Shown one piece after another: positions 48,203 through 57,817 of a stretch of 64,000 nt of DNA; positions within the stretch are counted from its first letter, which is position 1, and each line of letters begins with the position of its first letter. Origin of the DNA: Clostridia bacterium (GTDB lineage Bacteria; Bacillota; Clostridia; UMGS1883). Made by a program: the position numbers and the translations under genes. The DNA lies in NCBI GenBank assembly GCA_017505525.1, contig JAFVPB010000044.1, positions 12,662-76,661 of the forward strand. Reading direction: 5' to 3'. Under the pieces are notes generated by a model, which saw only the letters and a program-made list of their open reading frames with translations, made no database searches and was not told the origin of the DNA.

Positions 48203-51118
48203 ATGAAAAACAAATACGTCTTATTAATCAGTTTAATATTTTTAATTCTATTTTCTCAAAGCATATATGCCTATGAAGAAAAGCTTTACTGTTCTTTTGA
48301 ATCAGAAAGTGAAGCTTCGGAATGGCCAGGCACATATTTTGACGATGGCAATGTTTACAGCGGTGTTGGTGCAGGTTTTGTTTCAAATCCTTTTGGCGAA
48401 GAAACAAACTCTCTTATAACCCATGTGCTAGAATATTCTGGGCAGATTTATCTTGAAGCAGGAAAAACATATACATTAAGCGGAGCTGTAATGAACCCTC
48501 TCTCGGGATATTCACCTTCTATAGAAGCCCATGCTACGCTTGAGCCATATGCCAACACAGTAATTGTAGATGTATATGGTATCGGAGATGAATGGTCAGA
48601 ATTTTCTACCAACTTTTATGCATCTGAAACTGGATACTATAATCTTGCCTTGCATTTAAAAGATGGAAATGTTGATTTTGGATTTTATGTTGATGAAATC
48701 TTATTAGCTGAAAGAGATTTAAAAATAACATCTCTTAATCTGATTGGTCCTGATTCAATCAATATACCCGCTGAGGGCGTTTCCAGAACAAGATATCTTC
48801 CTGTTTTTAAATCGTCAGACGGAACAATAATAAACATACTTACAAATGATACAATACATTTTTCAACAACAACTGCACAGGGAGTGTATTTTGAAAGTAG
48901 CGATATGTGTCTTGAAGTTTACCATAATGCTATTCCCGATACAATCATAACTATCGACTGCACATTAAAAAACTTTGAAAATCTTACGGTTTCTTCTATT
49001 AACGTTATCTTAACAAACAACTTACTTGAAAACTCTTCTTTCGATAAAGGTAATACAAACTGGATTAGCCTATCTACAATTGATTTAAATGAGGGAGAAA
49101 ATAATTTTATCAGCGTACCAACAAACGATTACAGTACGTTTGGTTACTATACAACATTAATGTATGATAAATCTCTTGTGCTTGTAGAAGATGCTTTATA
49201 TGTGCTTCACGCACGAGTGAAAAGCGACTCTTATGATAAAGGGTACTCACTATACGCTAAAAACACCTCATTTATTGATGGTGATACAGTTGTATTTAAT
49301 ATAACCGATATTTCAGGAAATGAATGGACCGATGTGTTTGCAGCATTTATTCCTGAAAACACAGGTATATATAATCTTGCAGTTAACTTTTCTTCCACTT
49401 ATGACTGCACTCTTTTTATAGATGATATACGTATGTGTGTTGAAGAGCTTCAGCCAACGTATTTAACTCTTCACGCACCCGGAAACATTCTGGTGCCAGA
49501 CAACCAGACATCATTCACCCTCTCTGCCCTTATGCGAGATCAGCTGGGAAACATAATAGAAGGAGAAGAAATTGTTTTATCTCTTGATAATACAAATCCC
49601 TCTGTACAGTTCGATTCATCATCTAATACCCTTACGGTTTCTCCTGATGCACCGGTTGGAGAATATACTCTACGAGCATCATCTCAAAACTATCCCGAAA
49701 TCACATCAGAACTTCCGATTACCATCAGTTTTGATTTTATAGGAGACGGTTCGTTTGAAAGAAAGAGCGTAAATGAATGGTGGGTTGTTACCTCTCCATA
49801 TAATACCAACTTTACAATCAGGGATGACGGAAGTACTAAAAAAGCTCATATCAATTGTGATGGAGAGTACTTTATTCTGCTTAATAATTCATACGTTCTT
49901 TTAACTGCAAACACTCCGTATGTATTCAATATAGAAGCAGTTACAAGTCAGAACGCTACAATAACAGCCTTTATTGAAGATATGGACGGAAATTCACATC
50001 CTCTTGTTCAGTTTAACTGTTCTGATTCCACAGAAAATCTTTCTCCTGAATTGTTTTTGTCCGAGAAGAATATAGTAGGCAGATTGTTTTTCTATGTGCA
50101 GACTACAGACAGTTCTTATATCCAACTAGCCTTAGATAATATATCACTGAGAAAATCTATCATTAAGGCTACAAATCCACATGTAAGCGGTCAGATTTAT
50201 GTGAATGGCTATGCACATGCCGAGTTTAATTATTACAACAGTATCACAAACTCAACACAAGCTGTTTCACCTGTGATAAACTGGTATATAGGAGACTCTC
50301 CAAACGGTGAATTCACACAGCTTGATGAAAGTAGCCGCTATATTTACTTTGATACTAATTATGATAATAAGTATGTATATTTTGATATTACTCCCGTTTG
50401 TAACATTACAGGATTTTCCGGTGAAACAGTTAAATGCACTCCTTTCAAGGTAATATATTCCGAAGACCAGGAATATACTCCTCCAAAAGAAATTGAAGAT
50501 GTATCCTCTATCCCTGTAGATTCTGAACCCAATACTACTCCTCCCCCTGTTACGGAGGGAGTAAAAACACCTTTTAAAGATGTTGGAGAACATTGGGCTG
50601 CCGAATACATTAAATTTTTAAGCGACAGAGGAATTGTCAGCGGCAATGGTGATGGAATGTTTTTTCCTAACTCTTATATTACACGAGCCGAAGCTGCTAA
50701 GTTAATTTCATTAGCATTTTCAATAAAAACAAAAAATCAGACAAACAAGTTTTCAGATGTTTCTGTTGATTCATGGTATAATCAATATGTAACAGCTTTA
50801 TATGACAAAAGAATAGCAAGCGGAACTTCTGACAATTTATTTTCACCTAACAAGAATATAACGCGCGAAGAATTTGCCGTTTTTGCAATAAGAATATATA
50901 ATCTGCTGCACGACAAAGAAAAACCCTCGCCTCCCATCTACAGCATTTTTATCAACGATGGTGTAATGATAAGCGACTGGGCAGTAGATTCTGTGAATTT
51001 AGCAGTATCTCTTCGAATTATTGAAGGAAATTCAGAAAGTTGTTTTTTGCCAAAAAACTTTACCACACGAGGAGAAGCAGCGGCAATAATTTACAGATTG
51101 TATAATTTAATAAAGTAG
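48203..51118 (+). CDS. large S-layer/S-layer-associated protein: signal peptide, three galactose-binding-like (CBM4/9/22-type) modules, Big_2-like Ig domains, Pro/Thr linker, three C-terminal SLH domains
   Basis: Signal MKNKYVLLISLIFLILFSQSIYA. There is a three-fold internal repeat (each unit starts CSFESE.., ENSSFDKGNTNW.., GDGSFERKSVNEW..). The C-terminal SLH triplet reads FKDVGEHWAAEYIKFL...ITRAEAA, FSDVSVDSWYNQYV...ITREEFA and DWAVDSVNLAV...TTRGEAA. Confidence 0.8.
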   Translation: MKNKYVLLISLIFLILFSQSIYAYEEKLYCSFESESEASEWPGTYFDDGNVYSGVGAGFVSNPFGEETNSLITHVLEYSGQIYLEAGKTYTLSGAVMNPLSGYSPSIEAHATLEPYANTVIVDVYGIGDEWSEFSTNFYASETGYYNLALHLKDGNVDFGFYVDEILLAERDLKITSLNLIGPDSINIPAEGVSRTRYLPVFKSSDGTIINILTNDTIHFSTTTAQGVYFESSDMCLEVYHNAIPDTIITIDCTLKNFENLTVSSINVILTNNLLENSSFDKGNTNWISLSTIDLNEGENNFISVPTNDYSTFGYYTTLMYDKSLVLVEDALYVLHARVKSDSYDKGYSLYAKNTSFIDGDTVVFNITDISGNEWTDVFAAFIPENTGIYNLAVNFSSTYDCTLFIDDIRMCVEELQPTYLTLHAPGNILVPDNQTSFTLSALMRDQLGNIIEGEEIVLSLDNTNPSVQFDSSSNTLTVSPDAPVGEYTLRASSQNYPEITSELPITISFDFIGDGSFERKSVNEWWVVTSPYNTNFTIRDDGSTKKAHINCDGEYFILLNNSYVLLTANTPYVFNIEAVTSQNATITAFIEDMDGNSHPLVQFNCSDSTENLSPELFLSEKNIVGRLFFYVQTTDSSYIQLALDNISLRKSIIKATNPHVSGQIYVNGYAHAEFNYYNSITNSTQAVSPVINWYIGDSPNGEFTQLDESSRYIYFDTNYDNKYVYFDITPVCNITGFSGETVKCTPFKVIYSEDQEYTPPKEIEDVSSIPVDSEPNTTPPPVTEGVKTPFKDVGEHWAAEYIKFLSDRGIVSGNGDGMFFPNSYITRAEAAKLISLAFSIKTKNQTNKFSDVSVDSWYNQYVTALYDKRIASGTSDNLFSPNKNITREEFAVFAIRIYNLLHDKEKPSPPIYSIFINDGVMISDWAVDSVNLAVSLRIIEGNSESCFLPKNFTTRGEAAAIIYRLYNLIK

Positions 51119-51146
51119 CGTTAACCTAATAACGGTTAACACTACT
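51114..51146 (+). terminator. terminator hairpin after S-layer gene (agtagcgttaacc-taata-acggttaacactact)
   Basis: 13-bp stem with one mismatch, overlapping the TAG stop, followed by ttaatccttatttcttt. Confidence 0.6.
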
Positions 51147-51360
51147 TTAATCCTTATTTCTTTATATCTTCAGAAAGTGCACTATCTTTTTTAGCCATTT
51201 CAATAATTTCCTTTTCGATTTCTGTAGATTTATCTTTTTTATCATTGTCATTCATAATTATTCTCCTTTATTTTTTTATTATTATCTCCACAAATATAAA
51301 TATTATAATTTAAGTTGATTTGAAACAATAAAAGATGTATAATACTCTTGAGGTGATTGT

Positions 51361-52257
51361 ATGGAAAAGAAAATGCTCCTTATTTATAATCCCGTAAGTG
51401 GCAAGGCGCAAATCAAAACGTATCTTGCCGAGATTATAGCAGTTTTCACACTCAAAGGCTATCAGGTTACAGTTCATCCTACAAGCCAGGCAAAAGACGG
51501 ATACAATTATATATTAACCAATGCAGCAAATTTTGATGTAGTGTCTGTTTGCGGAGGCGACGGAATGCTTAATGAATGTTTAAATGCACTAATGCTCTTA
51601 GATGAAAACAAACGTCCCCCCATCGCTTTTTTGCCATCAGGAAGCACCAATGATTTTGCAAGTACTGTTGGAATTCCACTCGATGTAAGAAATGCCGCAA
51701 AAATGGTTGTGGAAGGGAAACCATTTTTCTGTGATGCAGGAAAATTTAATGAAAACTATTTTGCTTATGTAGCAGCTTTTGGTGCTTTCACCTCGGTTGC
51801 TTATGATACAGCGCAGGAGTTCAAAAATGTTTTCGGACATTTAGCATATATTTTAGAAGGGATACGTCAACTCCCTACAATTAAAGCTCATCATATGAAA
51901 ATCACGTTTGATTCAAACGTGATTGAAGGAGACTTTATTTTAGGTATGGTAACAAACTCACTTCAAATTGGTGGTATGAAAAACACAATTGGAACTGCCA
52001 TTTCTTTAAATGATGGTTTGTTTGAAGTTTTACTCGTTAAAAAACCACCGAATGCCCTTGCACTTCAATCGATGCTTACCGAACTAGTTGCACCAAATCT
52101 TTCCATTAACAATGATGAAATAATAAAATTTAAAGCCTCTGAAATTCTTTTTGAATCTGAAAACGAAATTCCATGGACTCTTGACGGAGAATTTGGAGGA
52201 AATGTGAACTCAGTAACTATAAAAAACATACACAGGGCTTTTGCCGTTATGGTTTAA
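51361..52257 (+). CDS. diacylglycerol/lipid kinase family protein (YegS/DagK/BmrU)
   Basis: N-terminal LLIYNPVSGK and the GGDGMLNE catalytic motif. Confidence 0.85.
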   Translation: MEKKMLLIYNPVSGKAQIKTYLAEIIAVFTLKGYQVTVHPTSQAKDGYNYILTNAANFDVVSVCGGDGMLNECLNALMLLDENKRPPIAFLPSGSTNDFASTVGIPLDVRNAAKMVVEGKPFFCDAGKFNENYFAYVAAFGAFTSVAYDTAQEFKNVFGHLAYILEGIRQLPTIKAHHMKITFDSNVIEGDFILGMVTNSLQIGGMKNTIGTAISLNDGLFEVLLVKKPPNALALQSMLTELVAPNLSINNDEIIKFKASEILFESENEIPWTLDGEFGGNVNSVTIKNIHRAFAVMV

Positions 52258-52274
52258 AAATTAATATAATAAAA

Positions 52275-52316
52275 AAGAGGATGTTTAAAAACAAAAGTTT
52301 TTAAACATCCTCTTTT
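52275..52316. terminator. bidirectional intrinsic terminator
   Basis: aaagaggatgtttaaaaac-aaaa-gtttttaaacatcctcttt is a 19-bp stem flanked by A and T runs. Confidence 0.85.
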
Positions 52317-52343
52317 TCAGGGGATACGAGAAATTTTTCAGAA

Positions 52344-52432
52344 CGAACAAACTGAGCTGAGAAAGCCTAATATAGGCTTTCTCAGGTTCCCCGAAGGCGT
52401 ACGATGGTACGTCGAGAGGCGAAGTTTGTTCG
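52344..52432. other. 89-nt nested-palindrome element (outer 10-bp stem enclosing a 12-bp hairpin and a 5-bp hairpin) of unknown function
   Basis: Outer stem cgaacaaact...agtttgttcg. Inner hairpin 1 ctgagaaagcc-taata-ggctttctcag (52357-52385). Inner hairpin 2 cgtac-gatg-gtacg (52398-52411). Locally GC-rich, and located between convergent genes. Confidence 0.4.
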
Positions 52433-52584
52433 TAGCAAAAAGGCTTATTTAAAAGGGAAAATTGAATGAAATGAGATTTTTCAACCCAAAATCACAAATA
52501 TTCATTATTTACATCTTTTTAATCAGTATAACTTTCGCCTTTTTGCGTTCTGGAGAATTTAAACATCCCCTTTTATTTATTTTA

Positions 52585-54609
52585 TTATTCTTCTACAGGA
52601 GCTTCAGCAACTTCTTCCTGATTTACTTCAACATCTGCAGGAGCATCTTCTGTTGATGTTTCTTCATCTTTCTTAGCCTCTTCAATAAGAACTCTTATTG
52701 AAAGACCAATTTTCTTTTCATCCCAGTTAATTTCTGTGATTTTAGCATCAACAAAATCTCCAACGTTTAACACATCGCTAACCTTTCCGATACGCTTATC
52801 AGCAATCTGAGAAATGTGGATAAGACCATCAACACCGTTAATAAGTTCAACGAATGCGCCAAAAGGAACAAGTCTTACAACTTTAACGTTTACAATATCT
52901 CCTTCGTTAAACTTACTCTTTGCGATTTCCCAGGGGTTGTCCTCTGCGCGCTTAAATCCAAGAGAAACTTTTCCAGTTTCTTTATTTACTTCGAGGATAT
53001 ATACTTCAACGCTGTCGCCAACATTTAATACTTCTGAAGGATGCTTGATTCTCTGCCAGCTAAGCTGAGAAATATGAATAAGGCCATCAACTCCGCCAAT
53101 ATCAACAAATGCTCCAAAGTTTGTAAGAGTTTTAACAGTACCTGTGTACGTCTTGCCAACTTCAACCTCGCTCATAAATGCAGCAACTTTTTCTTCACGT
53201 TCCTTAGATGCAACTACTTTGATAGAACCAATTGCTTTCTTTCCGCGTCTGTCTTCACGGATGTTTACAATCTTAAACTTTGCTTCTGTTCCAACTAAAG
53301 GAGCAAGGTCGCTGATAAATCTTTCAGCAGCATGCGAAGCAGGAATAAATATTCTGCAGCCGTTAACTGTAGCGATAACGCCCTTGTTTACATTTTCAAT
53401 GATGCGGCCAGTAAGAATCTCGCCTGATTCGTAAGCATCTTCGATTGACTTCCAACCCTTCATTGCATCAATCTTCTTTTTGGAAAGCTTAACATAGCCT
53501 TCAACATCGTTAACTCTTACAACGAATACTTCTACTTCCTGACCGATTGATACAACATCAGCAGGAGTAGCAGTTGGATCGTCTGTGAGTTCGTCTGCAG
53601 GAATAATACCATCAGCTTTGTAACCAAGATCAACATATACTTCAGTTGGTGTAATGCTGATAACTGTGCCGTTTACAACCTGTCCTGTATTTAAAGTGAC
53701 GAGGGATTCTTCAAATGCCTCGGCAAACGTTGGCTCTCCATTTCCTTGAATATTAGTGTTTTTTTCTTCTACCATGGTTTGTAAAACCTCCTTAATTATC
53801 CGCTCCGGTGTCGATGCACCGGCGGTTATACCGATTGAATTCCCGTATTCTGTAATATTTTCGGGAAGCTCGCTTGCATCTTCTATAAGAAAAGTATGTT
53901 TACATAGTCTTGAAGCAATATCAAAAAGTTTTTTTGTATTGGAACTGTGCTTTCCTCCTACAACTATAAAAACATCACTTATATTTGCAAGCTCAGCAGC
54001 ATATTTCTGCCTTTCATTCGTAGCAGAACATATTGTATCAAAAAACATAGCACTTTGGCAAGTGTTTTTTAAAATTTTCGTGATTTTTTTCCATATTTCT
54101 CGCTCAAAAGTTGTTTGTGCAACAATGCACACATCTTTTTTGTCAAAAAAAGGTAATTTTTCGGCTTCTTCCTCGTTTTTTACAATAAATGCAGAATTAT
54201 CACACCATCCATTTATACCTATTACCTCAGGATGATTTTTATCACCGATAATAATTATAACACTACCTTTTTCGTGAGCTTCGCTGACTATATTATGAAT
54301 TTTTTTAACAAATGGACATGTTGCATCAATAAAATCGATTTTTCTTTCTTCAAGCTGACTTTGTTCTTGTTTTGTTACACCATGACTACGGATAACAACT
54401 GTTTCATCCTCATTTGCCTCAAGCGGAGAATTTATTATTCTGACGCCCTGCTTCGCAAATTCGTCAACAACAAATTTATTATGTATAATAGGGCCTAAAG
54501 TAGCTATTTTTTTTCCTGAGTTAATACCTTCCTGTGTGATTGTTACCGCACGGTTAACTCCGAAACAAAAGCCCGCACACTTTGCAACAGTAACATTTAA
54601 ATCCGACAC
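52585..54609 (-). CDS. ispH: bifunctional 4-hydroxy-3-methylbut-2-enyl diphosphate reductase (IspH/LytB) fused to ribosomal protein S1-like repeats
   Basis: 674 aa. The N-terminal 280 aa is IspH, with three conserved Cys (CAGFCFG..., ATCP, TICSAT). The C-terminal region carries four S1 domains (GxV..G.V..v..fGaFV). This fusion is common in Clostridia. Confidence 0.9.
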   Translation of the reverse strand: MSDLNVTVAKCAGFCFGVNRAVTITQEGINSGKKIATLGPIIHNKFVVDEFAKQGVRIINSPLEANEDETVVIRSHGVTKQEQSQLEERKIDFIDATCPFVKKIHNIVSEAHEKGSVIIIIGDKNHPEVIGINGWCDNSAFIVKNEEEAEKLPFFDKKDVCIVAQTTFEREIWKKITKILKNTCQSAMFFDTICSATNERQKYAAELANISDVFIVVGGKHSSNTKKLFDIASRLCKHTFLIEDASELPENITEYGNSIGITAGASTPERIIKEVLQTMVEEKNTNIQGNGEPTFAEAFEESLVTLNTGQVVNGTVISITPTEVYVDLGYKADGIIPADELTDDPTATPADVVSIGQEVEVFVVRVNDVEGYVKLSKKKIDAMKGWKSIEDAYESGEILTGRIIENVNKGVIATVNGCRIFIPASHAAERFISDLAPLVGTEAKFKIVNIREDRRGKKAIGSIKVVASKEREEKVAAFMSEVEVGKTYTGTVKTLTNFGAFVDIGGVDGLIHISQLSWQRIKHPSEVLNVGDSVEVYILEVNKETGKVSLGFKRAEDNPWEIAKSKFNEGDIVNVKVVRLVPFGAFVELINGVDGLIHISQIADKRIGKVSDVLNVGDFVDAKITEINWDEKKIGLSIRVLIEEAKKDEETSTEDAPADVEVNQEEVAEAPVEE

Positions 54610-54620
54610 CTTTGCACCAC

Positions 54621-55175
54621 CTATGAGTTATATATTGTATCCATTAATTCATCTGTTAATTTTTTAATTAACTCACTATCTTCCTGAGAATCAGCATATT
54701 TACTGTAGTCAATAGGTTCGAGGAACGTAACGGTCCTTCTACCTACGTTTGCAGGTAAAATTGGAACTCCCGATCGCATTGCAAGTTTAACAATTCCGGG
54801 GTTAACATCTATACGAGTGCCTCTTTTTATTCTTTTACCCTCGGGGAAAATAAGTGTGGCTCCACCGCGATTAAGAATCTTAAGCGTCGCCATTACTGCA
54901 CCGGCATCGCCTTTTCCACGTCTTATAGGAAAAGCTCCAAAAGCTTTAACAAAGCTTCCTAAAACGGGCACCTTAAAAAGTTCTTCTTTCGCCATAAATG
55001 TAAGTTTTCTTTTGCAACCTGCTGCAATCAGCACAGGATCCATATTACTGTGATGATTAGCGCAGAGTAAAAATGCTCCATCGATTGGGATATTCTGTGT
55101 TCCTTTAACCTTAAAAATCATAAAAACAGAAAATATACCCTTCAAGGTTTTAGTTAAAACTCCGTATAAATTCAT
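54621..55175 (-). CDS. plsC: 1-acyl-sn-glycerol-3-phosphate acyltransferase
   Basis: The HX4D motif NHHSNMDP and the FPEG(K/T)R motif (FPEGKR). Confidence 0.85.
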   Translation of the reverse strand: MNLYGVLTKTLKGIFSVFMIFKVKGTQNIPIDGAFLLCANHHSNMDPVLIAAGCKRKLTFMAKEELFKVPVLGSFVKAFGAFPIRRGKGDAGAVMATLKILNRGGATLIFPEGKRIKRGTRIDVNPGIVKLAMRSGVPILPANVGRRTVTFLEPIDYSKYADSQEDSELIKKLTDELMDTIYNS

Positions 55176-55846
55176 TTTAAATTATTCCTCACATGTTCTG
55201 TTATTTTATTTATAGAATCTTCAAGCGACAAATCGCTTGTATCTATAACTGTGGCATCTTTATCAATTTTAAGAGGAGAAACCTCTCTTGTTGAATCATT
55301 ATGGTCCCTTTGAATCATCTCGTTTTTAACATCATCAAAATTAACCTCTTTGCCACTTGCAATTAATTCATCATATCTTCTTTTAGCGCGTGCATCAACC
55401 GATGCCGTCAGAAATATTTTTATCTCTGCATCGGGAAGAATACACGTTGCAACATCGCGTCCATCCATAACAACATCTTTATCATTTGCCAGTGAGCGCT
55501 GAATTTTTAAAAGAGCCTGTCTCACTTCAGGGATTTTTGAAACATTACTTGCCGCCATAGAGATCTCCGGAGTTCTGATTAACGAAGAAACATCTTCCCC
55601 GTCAAGCATTATTTTTTGTTCTCCGCTTGAGGCAACGATATCAATATCAAGTGAATCAAGAAGAGAAATAACACCTTTAGTATCAAGAGTATCTATACCC
55701 TCTCTGCAAGCTTTTAATCCCACGGTTCTGTACATAGCACCTGTATCAATATACACATACCCAAGCTCTTTTGCTATTTTTTTTGATATTGTACTCTTTC
55801 CTGCTCCTGCAGGTCCGTCTATAGCAACTTTAGTCATTATTATCAT
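55172..55846 (-). CDS. cmk: cytidylate kinase
   Basis: P-loop IDGPAGAGKST followed by DTGAMYR. Confidence 0.9.
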   Translation of the reverse strand: MIIMTKVAIDGPAGAGKSTISKKIAKELGYVYIDTGAMYRTVGLKACREGIDTLDTKGVISLLDSLDIDIVASSGEQKIMLDGEDVSSLIRTPEISMAASNVSKIPEVRQALLKIQRSLANDKDVVMDGRDVATCILPDAEIKIFLTASVDARAKRRYDELIASGKEVNFDDVKNEMIQRDHNDSTREVSPLKIDKDATVIDTSDLSLEDSINKITEHVRNNLK

Positions 55847-57068
55847 CCCTTTCCGTTATGGCAGCCTTTTCACCTGCTAAATGGCCTGTTGAAAAGGCTA
55901 TCTGCAGATTAAACCCACCTGTATATGCATCAACATCAATAATCTCTCCCGCAAAAAATAACCCTTTTACAAGTTTGCTTTCCATAGTTGAAGAATTAAT
56001 TTCTTTCACATTAATTCCACCCGATGTTACAATTGCTTCATCTATTGGTCTGTATTTTTTCACTGTAAACCTCAAATGCTTTACAGTGTTTAAAAGCTTT
56101 TTTCTTTCTTCTTTTGTTATACTGTTTACTTTCTTGAATGGGTCGATTTCGGAAAGCTTAATTATGTGATCTATAAGCTTTATAGGAAGCAGCTCCCCAA
56201 GGGAATTTCTGAAATCCTTATTGGCAAACTTTGAAAAATCCCTTAATATTCTTTCGTCAAGTTCTTTTTCAGTTAATGCCGGTTTTAAGTCAATTTCTAT
56301 AATTTTTCCACTCGGTTCACTTCCCATATGGCTGCTTGAAGAAAGCACAATGGGACCTGATAAACCAAAGTGAGTGAAAAGCATTTCTCCAAAATCTGTA
56401 TATATAGTTTTTCCATTTTCATTAAGAACCGTCAGCGAAACATTTTTTAGCGACAACCCCATTAAGTGTGCGGTTTTTTCTTTAGTTTCAACTGCTGTAA
56501 GCGTTGGCTTCGGTTCAACAATCGAATGCCCGCATTTTTGTGCTAAGATATATCCGTTTCCATCTGAACCTGTTTTCGGGTAGCTCATTCCGCCCGTAGC
56601 TACAATAACTCTATCTGTATTTATTAAGCTATTTCGGGTTTTTATAGCCTTAACAGTGTTTTTCTCCACAACAATATCTGTTATCTTGTCATATATAATC
56701 TTAATTCCAAGCTGGCGCATTTTATCTTTAAGAGCGTTATTAACATCGCTTGATTTATCACTCACAGGGAAAACTCTTTCTCCTCTTTCAATCTTGGTTT
56801 TCACACCGAGATTTTCAAAAAAATCGATAGTGTCATAATTTGTGAAAGAATATATTGCACTATATAAAAACGACGGATTTGTTGGAATATTTAAAAACAA
56901 ATCCTCCGTAGGGCATGCATTAGTTATATTGCAACGTCCTTTACCCGTAATCAGCAGTTTTTTTCCAACTCTATCATTTTTTTCTATTAAAATAACTTTT
57001 GCTCCGTTTTCCGCAGCAGATATTGCCGCCATCATTCCCGCAGGACCGCCACCGATAACTGTAACCAT
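55830..57068 (-). CDS. HI0933/YhiN(BaiN)-family NAD(P)/FAD-dependent oxidoreductase
   Basis: The N-terminal GGGPAGMMAA dinucleotide fold and the family's TGKGRCN motif. Confidence 0.85.
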   Translation of the reverse strand: MVTVIGGGPAGMMAAISAAENGAKVILIEKNDRVGKKLLITGKGRCNITNACPTEDLFLNIPTNPSFLYSAIYSFTNYDTIDFFENLGVKTKIERGERVFPVSDKSSDVNNALKDKMRQLGIKIIYDKITDIVVEKNTVKAIKTRNSLINTDRVIVATGGMSYPKTGSDGNGYILAQKCGHSIVEPKPTLTAVETKEKTAHLMGLSLKNVSLTVLNENGKTIYTDFGEMLFTHFGLSGPIVLSSSSHMGSEPSGKIIEIDLKPALTEKELDERILRDFSKFANKDFRNSLGELLPIKLIDHIIKLSEIDPFKKVNSITKEERKKLLNTVKHLRFTVKKYRPIDEAIVTSGGINVKEINSSTMESKLVKGLFFAGEIIDVDAYTGGFNLQIAFSTGHLAGEKAAITERDDNND

Positions 57069-57070
57069 AA

Positions 57071-57817
57071 TTATTTCCCCTGCTCCTGTACTACAAAGAA
57101 AACACGCTCCGAATCTTTTTTGGGAGAATTAAAGGTTAAGGAATCATAAACCTTTAAAAGCTTCATTCCCGCTTTTTCAAGCAGACACGATATTTCTTCT
57201 ATAGAATATGCTCTTTCTGTGTGTTCTTCATCAAAACGAGTGTAATTTTCACCATTTTTATTAAAGAATGTAAGATAAAAATCGCAAACTTTTCTTTTCT
57301 TATCAAATTCATTCTGCCATGCACAAAATGAATTTTCATTTTCAATAATAAATGTATTATCTCCTAAAATACACTCAAGCTTATAGTCTGTATTTATATC
57401 AAAAATAAATAATCCGCCCGGATCAAGATAGTTATTAACAAGCTTAAATACCTTTAATAAATCACGTTTATCAGTGATATAGTTAATGCAATCGAGACTT
57501 GAAACAACAAAGCTTACAGTACCGTAAAGCTCGAATTCCGTCATATCCTGATTAAGATACAATATATTTTCATCCTCTGATTTTGAACGCGCTACCATAA
57601 GCATATCTTCGGAAATATCAACGCCTGTCATATCTACTCCACGTTTTGATAACTCAATTGTCATATTCCCTGTTCCGCAACCAAGGTCTAAACCGAGCTG
57701 TGGTTTCAGACCGTATCGCTCAAATATTTTAAAATAATAATCTGCCCATTTTTTGTAATCAACATCATTTATTAAATCGTCGTATAAAGAAGCAAATTTA
57801 TTATACATAAATATCAT
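57071..57817 (-). CDS. class I SAM-dependent methyltransferase
   Basis: Motif I LDLGCGTGN and an acidic residue after beta2 (GVDIS). Confidence 0.75.
   Translation of the reverse strand: MIFMYNKFASLYDDLINDVDYKKWADYYFKIFERYGLKPQLGLDLGCGTGNMTIELSKRGVDMTGVDISEDMLMVARSKSEDENILYLNQDMTEFELYGTVSFVVSSLDCINYITDKRDLLKVFKLVNNYLDPGGLFIFDINTDYKLECILGDNTFIIENENSFCAWQNEFDKKRKVCDFYLTFFNKNGENYTRFDEEHTERAYSIEEISCLLEKAGMKLLKVYDSLTFNSPKKDSERVFFVVQEQGK

Noticed and set aside
52344-52432. Possible tRNA or tmRNA fragment
   Set aside because: There are only three stems. There is no T-loop (TTCRANY), no D-loop or anticodon-arm geometry, and no CCA or acceptor features.
52462-52656. 64-aa plus-strand ORF downstream of the nested palindrome
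   Set aside because: It overlaps the 3' end of ispH/rpsA on the opposite strand, has no RBS and is low complexity.
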